A DNA stretch of 64,000 nt from Cystobasidiomycetes sp. EMM_F5 (GCA_051047955.1 JBPGPT010000015.1:248001-312000); one strand, 5' to 3'; positions 1-14,092 are shown, counted from the first letter of the stretch. Made by a program: numbers and translations. The notes: generated from the letters alone by a model not told the origin.

Positions 1-3000
1 GCTCCTCAAGTGGGGCTATGCAGGCTAGGAAGACAGAGCAATGAGCAACATTGCCTAAGCCAAGAGACACGGCGTACGAACAATGATAGAAACTGGTGTA
101 ACGGTTATCCGGCGCTACGGCAGCGATACCTGCGCCGAACGCGCAAATACGGCGTATTTGAGGATCTGCACACTCCTGATTTGAGCAATTTTTACAGATA
201 GCGACGTATGTCTAATGACCTACCTGCGTCCGTGATGCCGTCATGGACGATATTCAGATAGTCTGCCGTCCATGCTACGCCGCTCGGGCCTCCATACTGC
301 ATCAGATCGACAATCAAGCGTAAAGCCCAGTACCTAGAGCCATCGAGAAGTAATTGACCATTCACAGCCATGCTCAGTGTATCGGCCAGGATGGGAAATG
401 GAAATTCGGAGCCAGTGAGTTTGATGAAGGCTTGAAGGGCAGGGGTCATGCTTTCGAGCATTTTAGAAGAGTCATTCTGCATCTCTTTGTATTCATCGGA
501 CGAAAGCTCTGCTTCAGAGTATGTATCGAGCGCCGCCTTGAGCTCGTCTATCTGTTGCACGCACGCGTTTGCAAAGACCGTTGCATCTCGTACGGAGAAC
601 AGATGAGGCACGGTAGCGATAATTTCGGTAGTCGCCGCCAATACTGCACTCAGCGGCTGAATGTCCGCCTCATTGGCTACTGCCGCCAAGAGCGCCGGAA
701 CTGCAGTGCTGACTAGGCGGTCAGTGTAGCCATTATCGAAGCGGGCCGAATTTTTGATCGACCTGACTAAGACGGGCAGCATAGCTGCGACGGCAGTTCG
801 TATGTCTGCACGGTATTCGTATCCGAGGTGATCCCCCGCCAGAATCAAAGTAGTTTCGGCATATGAGATCCACTCGCCTGTCGGCGTCTCGCTCGTCCCG
901 ACTTCAGCAAGGTTGTTGCCTAGAGCATGCGAAAGCGCAGTCATCAATTCAAATGCCTCGAGCTTTTGCCGCATCGTTTCGCCGTTGATATAGCAATGAC
1001 GCCCAGCGGATGTCTGCATGGCATGCCATACCTCCTCATCAAAATTTTCATTGTCTGCGTCCTCTCCCTCTTCGATGATGTGGACAGGTTGATAGGTAGC
1101 GAGGCGCAGTAAGCTTGGGATAACGGAGTCGACATAGGGAAGAAAGTCGGACCCAAGGATTTCGGCAACCCGGACAAAAGCTATCAAAACCATGGAGGTA
1201 CACGGATCGTCGACTTCCGTATGTGTTTCTACACGAGAGAGCACCATGAGATGCTGTCTCCTGCATGCTGATAATCTAGACTCATGACTCACGTTGGATG
1301 TGCATCAGCGATGTGATGAGTCTTTGCGAATCAGGCAAGACTACAGCCTTGGCGGCTGAAGATGCTGCTTAGCGAGCTTTAGTAAAGGTTGGTTAGAAAT
1401 GTAGAGAATTATAAATGCGTACCAACCAAGGTTGCACAATTCATAGCACTGCTCCTTATCTCGTTGCTGACATCGCCGTCTATGTACCGCCAAACGGCAT
1501 GCATGATGGCTTTGTAGACGTCGTCAGTCAGCGCCGAGTTCTCTCCGAGAGCGGAGGCCAGTTGAGCAATTGCGCCCATGGCCCGCAGCTTCACATCTTG
1601 TCGATTCAGGTCATTGGTGATGAGACTATGCAGCTCCTGGAAGAATGCCATAGAGTGCTGGAGTAAACTGTCCGGAAGTTCCTGCAAACCGTCCGTATAG
1701 TTTACGATTGCTGCGCAGGTATATGCTGTAAGCCGAGCGGGTACGGTAGTAGTGTTGGCAAGGATGACCAGAAAGCCCTCGAGAATTGGTTGGCCGTACG
1801 ATCGTTGAATTGTCCCCTACAGGGAATAGGTAGGCAAATAGTATTAGCGTGTGATCACGCGTCTTCAGGTAATCTGGCACCTTCAGATGTTCGCAGAGCT
1901 CTGCAATCGCGTAGATGGCGGCATATACAAGCCGGTAATTTGGATCAGCTAATGACGGTAGCACCAGCCTACCAGACTTTACATCAGCCAAGGACGCGGG
2001 TGCATAAAATCAATTCTTACTGGAGAATTCCATCAATGTCTTGCAGGTATTCTTCTTGATTACCCTCAGCAAGAACCGCCAGCGCGCTCAAGCCTGCATA
2101 TCGGGTTTTCCAATTTTGTGACGACGTCATCTGTGGAATTGTTTGTATAGCTTGTTGGAGAACACATGATGCTCCTGCGAAAGTAGTTCTGGTAAGCTCG
2201 CAATCGGACCAAAGGAATAAAACATACCGAGAGCAGCACTCAAACGATCCAGAGCTTCCTCCGCTACTATAGATAGGTCATTATCTTCATTTTCAGCCTC
2301 TCCTTCATCCTGGCTCCAGAACGCTTCGTCATCCGCTTCGCCTTTAACCTCCTGCATGACTTGCAGCAACGCTCTGACCGCAGCCTGATACATTTCTCGG
2401 TGGCTTGACAAAGTTGCACTTGCGGTGCTCTCTGCTGTTGACACAAGGACCTCTATTGATGCCTTCCGAAGCGTCTCGGGATATATTGGGTTGACGAGGG
2501 ATGTGACGAATGGGAAGAATTCCGAAAGGTACGGCACGAGAAGCATTCCTCCATCGGTTTCGTTGTAAAAACTGAACATATCTAAAAAGGCTGTGAGCGA
2601 ATCTGCCAGGACATCGTAATTTTGGTGTGTGCACAGCTGCGGGTAGACCTGAGGAGCCATTTCAGCTTTCATTTTGTAATGTTATTCATGCTCAAGACAT
2701 ACTTGGAGAAGATGTGGCAGTATTTTCGCAAGTTTTTCGGCACGGTCATCTGTTGATAGAATGGCTATGGTGCCCTTGATGGCATGGAGAGGCAGGCGGG
2801 ACGTAGAATCAGGCACTTTTAGACCTTGCTCGAGGCAACTGAGCAGAGTCGGAACCGGAACGTCTGCAACGGTAACGGGAGCCTCGAATACGATTGTAAA
2901 GTACAGTTGCCGACTTGTTTCTGTTGCACCAGGCCCGACAAGCTTGACCATTGCATGGTGGAGACCTGGCCATTCCTGACCGGCGCCGACTTCGCTTTCG

Positions 3001-3532
3001 TACGTGGAGCAGATGCATTTACACAGCGAGTTTAGCTCTTCTTGTGATGCGTCTGTACGGGGACGTAGGAGGCTCTCCAACAGCGCGTCCAAGACGGCCT
3101 TTTGTGTGGCAACTGGAACTACTGCCCATACACTTGTTTCACAACGACGGAACGTCAGAAAATCAGACAAATGCGGTAACGGAATAACGATTCTCACAAT
3201 GCGTCACCATGCTGCTCAACTCTGCGTGAGGGAAACCGCTTCAGCAAGACTAATGCCAGCGTTCGGACCTAATTCGTCAGGCAAACACGACGTGCAAGGC
3301 TCAGCGTCCTGACAACAAACTCGACTTGGGGCAGTCAAATACGCACAGCTGACTGGTCAGCCTCCCGTATGAGATGGGCTAGAGCGAGCAGGGTCCATGA
3401 CGGATTATCGCTGAGGCTGTTATGCAACGCCTCGGTCGGGTCGATTTCTGAAAATGTCGTCGAGGGCGACAGGGCATCACTGAGTTGGTTGAAGATGCGC
3501 ACAGTCCAGCTGTGCAGCGAGGACGACTGCAT
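1..3532 (-). CDS. Importin beta-family HEAT-repeat karyopherin (importin-5/Pse1-Kap121-like), multi-exon, 3' end runs off the window
   Basis: Chain of helical minus-strand ORFs (3335-3532, 2682-3197, 2127-2672, 1409-1687, 192-1292) with importin-5-like segments: an acidic loop followed by AEEALDRLSAALG, WKTRYAGLSALAVLAEG and YRADIRTAVAAMLPVLV. The sequence is quite divergent. Confidence 0.7.
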
Positions 3533-4121
3533 GGCCTATATCTTGGGACAGCCCGCCAAGGCCCTTTACGGACTCGTATTTCTGGCGCTCATGGTTGGTT
3601 GGTTGCAGATGACCCAAACCTGTCGACACGGACCATCAATAACGGCCGTCTTAAAAACACGGACTATACCCGTACGACACCTGTCAGCGCGCAACAGAAA
3701 ACGTTACTAGCGTCTTCCAGCCGTCAAATTGCACGGTTAACGGAGGCTTTCAGCCTTACCAGCCGAGGTTATTGCAGTAGTACATCTGTCAGTCGATACA
3801 GTATTCAGATGTTCAGAGCCATCGCGCCTGACGGACGACCACGGCTACAGTACTGTACCACGTCAACGAAGCGCAGCCTGGATAGCGGTGCTGAAGAAAG
3901 AATGATACGCATTTCGTATCTGCGCAACCCTGTCAAAGTATTCAGCGCGCTCGAAGGTCCGAAGGTCGAGCAATGCTTGTTGTAGCATACACGGCTAGGC
4001 TGTTTGTCCTATATAATTCATCACTACAAACTCTTCCGCCCATAACTCTCTGCTACAACTTGCACTTTGCGCGTCCATCACTTGGCTGTTTTCCGACAAA
4101 CCTGTCCTCAGATGTCATTTC

Positions 4122-6446
4122 ATGAATTATGAGCCGGCATTCAGCGGTGATGGCAACACTTCTGCTGCTGTGTCCATCGTTATACCTTCACTGGGCCATG
4201 CGCGACCCACGACTGTCCTAGGCGCAGTAGCTGATCTCACTTCTCGTCTACGGGCGGCTTTTGAAGCGTCACGCAGCACCTCCCGTTCCAGTACATCAGG
4301 CTTCGATACAAGTCGCCTGCACCCTCTAGCTGTTCGTCTAGATGCAGAAGCTGCATCAGACCTGCGTCTCCCTCTGCAGCAGATACACACAACTCTGCAA
4401 AGCTTCGAGGGACAAGTGCTGAATGCGAGCGCGACTGGCAGCGTTGTTCCGAATAGTGGAACCCTGCTCACTGGAGATGGTGACCAGTCTTTGCTACTTC
4501 AACAAGCAGGCAATTCGGTCATCGCTTCCAACGACAAACTGCGCTTGCTGTCATTGCTCAAGGAACGAGCAACTCTCCAACTGTCAGAGTACACGACCGC
4601 AGATGCGGTACATTTAGCTCAGCAACTCCTTAGCAAGCGTAAGGATCGCGCTGCATCGTTTCCTGTCATTGGCGATGGAGACACAAATACTGCTATTCGC
4701 GAGGTGATTGCTCGACTGGCCAAAGAGTGTAATCTGGAGGTCTTCTCCGGGCAAGATGAGGATTTAGGAGATGGAATGATGCTGGGCATCGAGCCACTGT
4801 CTTTTGGCAGCTCGGGACTGAGTACGTCTACCAGTGCGCCGACGAAGCAAACGATAACTATGGCCGGCAAAGGGATCGTTATCGATGCAGATCTCGTTGA
4901 GGACAGAACGTTCGAACATCCCGTCACAGAAGAACACCCGGTCCCGACAAGAATAGCGGCAATGCGTTTCTCGTACGGCTTGGAAGGGCACACGGATCCC
5001 GGCATCGATAGAATGCTGACCCGATTGGCAGAGCATAAGCAATGGCAATACTTGAGAGACTGCCTCTGGCATCTCTCCGAGCTCGATAGACTTGGGACAT
5101 ATATGCAAGAGAGCATGTCTAGCCAATCTCAGACTGTGGACTCTGGCTCAGCGTGGCAGGCGGCAGCTCAGCCTGTATCGTATGTCGATCCTCTAGAGCT
5201 CATGCAGTCATTGTCGCGCGAGCTTGAAAATACTTTTAAGAGTGAATTGTGCGTGCACAGTATGCGCATATGTAGATGAAACTAATAATGCTGACATGTC
5301 GCGGTCCCCTTTAGAGAGATAGCGTCCTCGCCCGACCAGCTCCTGATAACGGGCAATGGGTTATGTATAACGAATCACACAACTCCATACGCGACTGTGG
5401 TATATTATGCACCTGCCCTCACCTTCTTCACCGATGAATGGACTCACGTCGTCCAGTCTGGGTTCCAGCCTGAAGCGATATTTCCACTTCTGTCCTCACC
5501 TGGTGTACAGAGCGTGCGCTTTGATCTCGAAGCCCGGTCCTCGATTTCTGCATCACTGCGATATGTCGCTAGATTCGACATGCCCATTGTTGTGACTAGA
5601 GCCATCGGTAAGGCCATTTGTGAAGTCCTAGGGATCTCCATGGATCCTTCTCCAACAAAAACCTTGGCAAGAGGTGGTCTGCTTCACGATACCTATCAAT
5701 CCGTCATTCTTCCGGATGTCGATGTCGCAAAGTCTTATCACATAAGTCTACCTGATTCAGCTGCAACTACAGTCACCATCGATACGCGCATCCCGATGGG
5801 CACACAACCCGATGCAATGGCAGGATATACCATCTCTCGACTATCTTTTGATACGATACACCAAATCCAGTCTGTGCTGCTACTATTGCGTGGTCAGCTC
5901 GTCATGCGGGAGTTGCTAGAGACCACCTATGAGGGTGCAAGGCAAGCACAGGATGCCGATAGCTACGTGGACGAGCTGAATGTCAAGTTGGAGGATCTGC
6001 TATCGGGCAAGTTGAGCCAGTCGCTCATTATCGATGAGCGAGACTGATGCGTTCTTGATTAACATTTAGATAAACCATCTAGACAGTCCAAGCTCTCTGT
6101 CTATATAGACTCTGCCAGTCTTCCGCTCAGGCTACGCGTCTCACTAGCCCTTCCGCATTTCCCGGTCTGGCTGCCGGTGGTGGTGCAACTGACCATCTCC
6201 GTAAACAACCCCACAGCAGCATCGTCTACGCCTACATGCCTCTCACTTACATGTGATGTACACTCGCATGAATCGTCAGTAGCGGAATGGACGCGCAAAA
6301 CGCTCGAATCGGAGGGAGGAATCGATAAACTGTCACGGCTGCTGGAACGGAGTCGAGATCTCCGCTTGGTGTGTGGTCGGATAATCGACAGAGTACGACG
6401 CGGTCTAGAAGAGCATCAGCAGTCAACAAAGCAGGCATTATGGTGA
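4122..6446 (+). CDS. MED1: Probable Mediator complex subunit Med1, multi-exon
   Basis: ORFs 4122-5279, 5397-6047 and 6177-6446 are joined by short introns. TITMAGKGIVIDADL and LRDCLWHLSELDRL resemble the fungal Med1 N-terminal domain. Confidence 0.55.
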
Positions 6447-7034
6447 GCTGATGGTGCACGCATGCTCTCCGCAGCGAAAAGGATCGGCAACGACTGCTGT
6501 GCCTGGATTCAGAGTCAGAAAGTCTGGGCAAAACAGATGGGAAACGCGGAGTGATTTCTAGTAGAAAGCAGTGCGGTTTGTAGTAAGTAGTAAGGGATAC
6601 TCAGTGATTGTCTTGCATCGGACAGCTCTTCAACCAAACGAACACCAGTCGGTACAGCCTATATATAGTAGAAATAATGGCAATCGGTACAAGTCCCAGC
6701 TGCGAGTACATCTACATGAGCTTTTCAGCGCAGGGAGCCAGTAAGCTGCACAGACATGTTCCCAAACCCCCTCAACGCGTCCGTTGCATCGCAATCAACA
6801 TCTTTTGGGTGCTTTTTGCATCACACCGAGATCGAGGTTCTGCGACTGACGCCACCAAACGTTGGACACCCCGCGTACCGATGACGTAGGCAAAGGGACT
6901 GCAGTTTTTCGCATTCCTTTTGCAAAACGCAAGCAAGGGTGTGCGGGTTTGTTCTTCTATTCGCAAGGAAATAATACTTTACATTCCTCCTCGAGCAGCC
7001 TAGTCCACCAACTACTGCTCACATTCCTACAACC

Positions 7035-10000
7035 ATGTCGCTTCCAAAGGTGAGCAGTCGCAGTCGCAGTCGCAGTCGCCGTCGGACTCGATGTCGACCT
7101 CGCACAACGCACTGACCGCCTGCCTGTTACATAATCTTAGCTACACAAAGACGTCTCTGAACACCCAAGTATGTCGCTGGAATACATGCTGGCAGACTAT
7201 CACTGACTCTGCCTCCCGCCGTCCCGCCCTGCAGGCAAGAATGCCGTTACCGCTCCCAGCGACCCAAGGGAGATGGAGGCTGACATTGACCGCAAGATGG
7301 TGCATTATACATCCATGACGCGAAGCCATCCATTTGCTAACTCATTTGTCTGCTCGCAGCGCCTCTACGGTGTCATTCAAGGTTTCCGCCAGGTACGCCG
7401 CATTCTTGCGAAAATCACGGCGACATTCGCATACTAAACCTCTTGAACTGTCTTTTAGGGCAACCTCCCCTCCAACAAGCAAATTGAGTACGCGCTAGAC
7501 CATTTCACAAGCACCGCTCCTTTCGACACCAAGAAGTTGTCCCGCGAAGGTCAAGAACTTATCGAGAGCTTCCGCGGAGTCATCGGCGATGCCAAACAGC
7601 TTTTGTTAACCAAGAACCAGGACGAACTGATCCAAAACTTCATCTGGAGTGAGTTTGCTTCATGCACGCTTATCTTTCAACCTATTGACGTACGTATCCC
7701 AGACACTACCGAGTTCGATGCACAGGCACACAAAGAGAATATCAAAGGCATTGCTCCTCCCACTGACAAGGATACTGCTCGTTCCGAAGGTCAACAAGCA
7801 CTCGAACACCTCAAGGTCCTTGCCAAACTCATCTTCACCAACTCGGAAGTTCGTAAACTACTGTCCGATGTCGGCGTTCTCGGCCGCGATGTTGCAGCCG
7901 GTAAGCGTTTACTTTTTTTCGAGCAAAGTACGCGGTACTTACTCATCTTCCCACATAGACGCCGCTGCCAAGGTAGCAGAGAAGGCCCGTCCTAGCGAGG
8001 AGGCTCTCCGCAATGCCGACCGACCAGGTCCCGAATCTCAATGGATTGGGCCAGATGGCGAGAAGCGTGGACCAAACGACCGCGTACCGGACACTGGTGT
8101 CGGTGCCAAGGTTGATCAAGCGCGCGAAGCCAAGGATCAAGCCAAAGACCAGGCAAAGGACCAGGCATACCAGGCCAAGAACCAGGCTCAGAGCGAGGCC
8201 CAAGACCAAGCTCAGCAGACACAACATCGTGCGCAGAATGTAGACCCCAATGACCGTGGTCAACAACAGCGCGTTGCGCAAGACGAGGCAGGTAACGCTG
8301 CCGACCGCGCAAAGAATGTCGCTTCAAAGGTCACTGGTAATCTTCCAAGCGCTGGACAAGTCGTTCCAGGCGGCCAGGACCGCATCGATAATACCAAGGA
8401 GCGCGTCAAGGGCCAATACTACGAGAACAAGGATGCCACCATTGACTACTTCAAGGAGAAGTTCCCAGAGGAACGCCGAGAACGCTTCATTTACCGCTTG
8501 AAGAGTAAGTCCAATACACATATGGCAAAAATCAGGATATTGACACTTTGATACTCGCAGAGGTCGTTGTTGAACAGCAACAGCACGATGACTACACCCA
8601 GGCAGTCGAGTTCTTCCTCGACATGGCTGCCAAATACAAGGGACACGCTGCCCAAGTCAAGGACCAGAGCGCCGGCAAGGGCGCGACCGTCCGTTCTGAC
8701 CCGGCCTGGCAAAATGCCGAGATGGAGTTGCGCATCATCCTCGAGCGTTTCGCAAACAACACTTCCATGCAACCCATCCTCGACGCCGTCGAACAGCTCT
8801 ACACTGATGCGCAAAACGATCCAGAGCTCCGCAAGTGGTGGTCGTCTGCCAATCAGTACATTCGCCGGGTTCTTCTAGACGAGGGCTACGTCATGGAAGA
8901 CCAATGCAACGAAGACGGACAACGTCTCGTCGACAGCGGCAAGCATTTCTGGGACAAGAGATACAGAGGTCACCGCGAGGACCTCTTCAACTCGGTCGAA
9001 GACTTCTTCTACGCATACAACGAAGACCCACTCAACAAGAAGCTGGGTGTCGGCGTAAAGAAACTCGTCAAGTCGCTTGCTCTCGATGGCGATGGTAACC
9101 TCAAGTACAAGCCACACTTGATCAACGACCTGCGATATGTAATCATCCCAAATATCGTCTCTTCCATTGGTTACATTCCAATCCCCCGTGCAGAATACTC
9201 TGATAAGACTTTCGATATTGTCATTGAAAACTTGACTGTTGATCTCCAAAATCTTCTCCCTAACCTTATCGAGATTGAGGCGCGCAACTACTTCAAGCTT
9301 AGCCCGTATGATAACATGGGTGATTACAACCAGCACTCGTTCACCATTGGCTTCAGCCAAGTCCAGATGGATCTGCGTGACGTTGCCTTCTTCTTCAAGA
9401 AGAAGTCTGGTTTCCCCAAGCTGTCGGACCATGGTCTTGCCGATGTCATTATTAGCGGTAAGGGATTGAGCGGAAAGATCCAGCTCGAGACGACACCCAA
9501 CAAGCACTCGATCTTCAAGGTCGGCACATGCCACATTGAGATTGACGACTTGAAGTTCAAGATTCGTGACTCCAAGCACAACTTCTTGTACAACTTGGTC
9601 CGAACGACTGCCACTACGCTTATCAAGAATGCGGTTGCAAAAGCTATGCAACTGGCCATCCGCCAGGCGTTGGTACAGCTCGATCAGCAACTCACAGATA
9701 TCCGAGACGCTGCCGACGAAGGTTACCGTCGCGATGACTCCACTCGTCTGCAAGCCGTCAAGGATCGCATGGCCGAAAAGAAGAACAAGAGCGAGGCGAA
9801 TGCTCAAAAGGCAAAGGAGAAGAAAGAGGAGCGTGGTGCTGAATTCAACCTCGTCATGTCGCGCGAGCAAGAGCACATCAAGTGGGAGTCGCCCAACAGC
9901 TACGTCGGCAAGGAGGGTGTCATGACTCACCGCGCGAAGACTGGAGACCAGAATGGATGGAAGTCACCAGTCTTTGACATCTGGAAGGCCAGCCCAGCCC

Positions 10001-10047
10001 GCAATGAGAGCATTGTCAACCAGGATCTCGGCCACTACAAGAAGTGA
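7035..10047 (+). CDS. Conserved fungal DUF4449/DUF5923-type protein with BPI/TULIP-like C-terminal region
   Basis: ATG at 7035, several short exons, then a long ORF to TGA 10047. Motifs LPSNKQI, LLTKNQDELIQNFIW, IGYIPIPRAEYSD, IENL and FPKLSDHGLADV are typical of this family. Codon usage is strongly biased, as in highly expressed genes. Confidence 0.7.
7054..7083 (+). repeat. (GCAGTC)4 microsatellite plus one degenerate unit, in intron 1
   Basis: gcagtc gcagtc gcagtc gcagtc gccgtc, directly after the GTGA donor. Confidence 0.85.
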
Positions 10048-10410
10048 AGCAATCACCAAGCGATACTTGACTGTCTTCAATACACATATACCGCTCGTAC
10101 CAAGCGTACTGTTTTCAGACCCTTGAAGTCAACAGCAGGACCCGTCAGAAGTTGTAATTTTAGCACCTTCAACGTACGGAATCGATATATTGTATGCAAT
10201 ACTACAACATAATGCAGCGATTAGAGGGACAGCTTGTTAGGGATTCGAAATGTCGGAGACGTTTCCCATTCTCGACTAAGTGGCAAATAGCAGGCGCGTC
10301 AAATTCAAAACGTCAGCGAGGTGCGGGTTTGCTAAGACTGACTGCAACCGGATACGACATTCTCTTGTGTAGCATACACAACTGAGCGTCGCGTCAATAC
10401 TCTGCAGACC

Positions 10411-11830
10411 ATGTCGCAAGAACAGGATGAATCGCAGTATCGGACAGCGCTCGGCGTCGGAAAGCTCCAGGTTAGATCGCGATAAACAGTGGCCGAAAAG
10501 AAAGGCAGTGGGCGACAGGCTGACCTTCAATAACTGTACGGTCTTGTAGGAGTATGGTCTGTCTGCTGGAGACTGCCAGAAGCTGTCCGAGGCAGGGTTT
10601 CATACCATCGAATCGCTGGCTTTTACTCCGCGTAAACAACTTATTACCGTCAAGGGAATCAGCGAGGGCAAGGCCGACAAGATCCTAGCTGCTGGTATGT
10701 TCTTTTCAGAGCCTTATGCGGTGCTCAAGTGGCCTCGACTGACTTTGCTTGCCTCATGCCTTGTCAGCGAGCAAGCTGGTGCCAATGGGCTTTACGACTG
10801 CCACTGAATTCCACGCGAGGCGGTCAGACATGATTACAATCACGACCGGCTCCAAGAATCTAGATACCGTTCTAGGGGGTGGAATAGAGACTGGCAGCAT
10901 CACGGAGCTCTTTGGCGAATTCAGGACGGGTAAATCCCAGATTTGCCACCAACTGGCAGTGACCTGCCAGGTGTGTTGACGTCTGACTTACTCTGTCGGA
11001 CCATTATTTTGAGACGCTCTCGCTGATGTCTATACTTCCAGCTCCCAATCGACATGGGCGGAGGAGAAGGAAAATGTCTATACATTGACACCGAAGGCAC
11101 ATTCAGACCTGTTCGTCTGCTGGCGATAGCGGAGAGATATGGACTGAATGGCGAAGAAGTGCTCGATAATGTCGCGTACGCACGAGCGTACAATGCCGAC
11201 CATCAGCAGCAACTCTTGATTCAAGCGAGCGCAATGATGGCTGAATCGAGGTGAACAATACCGCTCCTTGCCTGGACAATGCCAACCTGACTGCTCATTC
11301 TTGCTGATCATTCGGATAACAGATTCTCTTTATTGGTTGTGGACTCGTGTACGGCACTCTATCGAACAGACTTCTCAGGAAGAGGCGAATTATCTGCTCG
11401 TCAAATCCATCTCGCCAAATTCCTAAGAACGCTAATGCGATTAGCGGATGAAGTGAGCTGTACCGTTTCGCGATACCTGAGATCAACTGAGCAATGTCCT
11501 CGTATAGTTTGGCATTGCAGTCGTCGTAACAAACCAGGTCGTTGCATCAGTAGATAACGGCCCGATGGCTGGGGCGGGAGATACTAAGAAACCTATCGGA
11601 GGCAACATTATGGCTCATGCTTCCACGACGAGGTATGCGTTTTTCCTGTTTTCTGATTGGGCCTTATGCGAATCGACTGACCGTCTCGGCCAATACTTAG
11701 ATTATCGCTAAAGAAGGGTCGACAGAATTGTCGTATTGCAAAGATCATGGACTCGCCATGTTTGCCAGAAGCTCAGGGTACATTTGCGATCAATCCAAAC
11801 GGTATTGATGATCCTGAGCTGGAAGACTAA
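10411..11830 (+). CDS. RAD51: DNA recombinase Rad51
   Basis: [12 protein letters not shown], Walker [40 protein letters not shown] and [19 protein letters not shown] at 10411, TAA at 11828-11830. Confidence 0.97.
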
Positions 11831-12316
11831 GTACGCCTGCGGAAGAGCATGGAAGGACCAGGTAGGGCTCGAGACAAACGACATGAGTGTAGCCTATATT
11901 TCCCCGTCCCGAAATCTGGCCCGTACCGCCCACGCCCAATGACGTGTCGCGTCACTCGAGCACACAAGGACGGAGTTCAGAGCGCAACAGACTGTGTATA
12001 TGCTGTTTTACTTTCGTATTCGTTGTTGTATAAACAACCAGCCATTTCCGCAAAGAGCAAGCATTAACGCCGCCAAACATGCACTGACAGGATTGCCCTG
12101 CAATAACTTGTCAAAGAGAGCAGAATCCGTTCTTCAATAACGGCCAGCAAACCAGCTTGTGTGGGCTTTGTCATCTTTGCCTGCAGACCTGCCGATGCTA
12201 GAGAACATGACGTTATATACATGATACTCATCCTGCTTCACGGGAATCAGCAGCGCTCTGCACATATTGTCCATTCATATCGCTACTAGTGTCCTTTCCC
12301 GTCGCCCATCTTACAT

Positions 12317-13664
12317 CTAGTCATCATCTTCGTCTCTCCTGAATATTGTATTTTGAAAAGCGCAGCTTGTGCCAAACTCGCACAACGAGGTGCGTTGAAG
12401 ATTCTTCATGACTGGGCCTGAAAGAAACATGATCATGTATTATCAGCCTGTTGAGGTCGCTGACACGAAGGAATGATCGATGCTCACCGCTTGGGCCGTC
12501 TGTCCATTTACACTGATCAAATACGCAGACCTGCCTCGAATCGCTTTCCGGTAGTTGTTGATCGCCCCAATTACCAGCATACTGCAACCAACCAGTTCCT
12601 TCTGCCTGTATCGTAGCGTTGGCTGTTCCAACTACGCCCGCGATAGAGAAGAGCGAGGTCGATGTGTTGAAGGCGTAGGCGCGGTAGTTGAGAAGCGGAG
12701 ATCCCATTTGAAACCGGCATCCGTTTGGTCGATGAGAATCTTGTCGTATCGATGTATGCCAGGCTAGAGGGTAGCATTTCAGCATAAGTACCTTATAGGA
12801 CTATTCCGAAGCAAAGTGAAGCACACCATTGCGTACGCTGCATGACCGCCGTAACCAATGTATACCACTGCTCGACCAGCACTGGTCATTAACGCACTGT
12901 ACGGATACGCTGTGCCTGAACCGTGTTGCGAGAGGTAGATGGACTGCGGCTGGCCGTTTTGGAATCGCACCATGACTTGCTCCCAGTCTCCTACGTGGTC
13001 GCCTACGTGTACGAGAATTAGGCGTATACTACGTGTGTCCAGACACGAGCGATTCTTACCAAAGGTGAAGCCGAGTACACTGATAATATGGCGAACAAAG
13101 TTAGCGGATGCAGGTGAGCTTCTCAGTCGCCTGCGGCTCACTTTTGACCCTCGTTGAATGCCCAAAACGTAAAGTAGAAAGCGTCGACGGTATTGTTCGC
13201 TTTGGGAACAACGACCAGAGTGATTGGCGCTCGGGAGAAGCCAGTCGAATTCGGTCGACCGTAGTCAGATTTCAGATAGCTGAGCGTGTCGACTGGTACT
13301 TGAAAGGAAGTGAGCCAAGTCTGCTGTGTGAGATTGGAAATATTGCTGAATGTCGCTACGGAAGCTACGGGTCGAAAGTTCACTTGCGGGACAGTCTGAG
13401 GTAAAAAGTCTGCTACATCCGTCGGCCACCTGAGTATGACAGCAGTCATCAGCAAGGCGGTCTTGTCTCGTAAGCAGTTGCGAAACAGATTTCCGCCACG
13501 ACTCGCCATTGCTCCTTTGAAAAGATGTAGAAGAATGGCGCATATTGTAAGACGTAAGACGGGACCGTATTTAAGACCGGAGAAGTGGCTTGGCGGGCAT
13601 CAAGCAACGGAGCAGCTGTCACCAGTCTAGACAGAAAGAGCCATAGCCAGACGGCACTTGGCAT
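12317..13664 (-). CDS. Secreted/vacuolar Vps62-like (DUF946) protein
   Basis: Signal peptide MPSAVWLWLFLSRLVTAAP. Motifs DAFYFTFWAFNEG, GDHVGDWEQVMVRF, YLSQHGSG, GGHAAYA and WLQYAGNWGDQQLP. Confidence 0.85.
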
Positions 13665-14092
13665 CGATAGTGACGGTACTTTTGGCAGCGGTACGAAGAC
13701 AGCGCAGTGTGGAGGGAATGTGCAGATAAGCAGCTTTGCTGAAAAGACCAGCTCGTCGCAATTTCTTTGTAAGATGAAGCGGCACTGCTCGTTTCGAAAG
13801 AAGTTGAAGCGTGATCACGGTGGATACAATGCAGGCTAGTTTACGGGCTAATTACAACGTCACAAATGCCGAGGATAATGCAACACTTTCCAGCTACATG
13901 AACGAGCTGAGAACTGCGGTTATGACCGAGTGAGCACTCGAAGTTACAGCACAAAACGCTCGAACGGCAGTCATTAATTCTCAGGTACACATTTGCCACA
14001 TTCGCTCGCATAGCCGGACCAGCCCTTGCGAGGGACTTTGACGGATTTCTACTCGGCCTGGTGGGAGCAACACATTTGCACAGTCGACAAAG

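Noticed and set aside
8875..9930. 351-aa antisense ORF
   Set aside because: Shadow of the strongly codon-biased sense gene; no protein-like motifs.
10411..11830. Possible DMC1 instead of RAD51
   Set aside because: [26 protein letters not shown] and [15 protein letters not shown] are Rad51-type.
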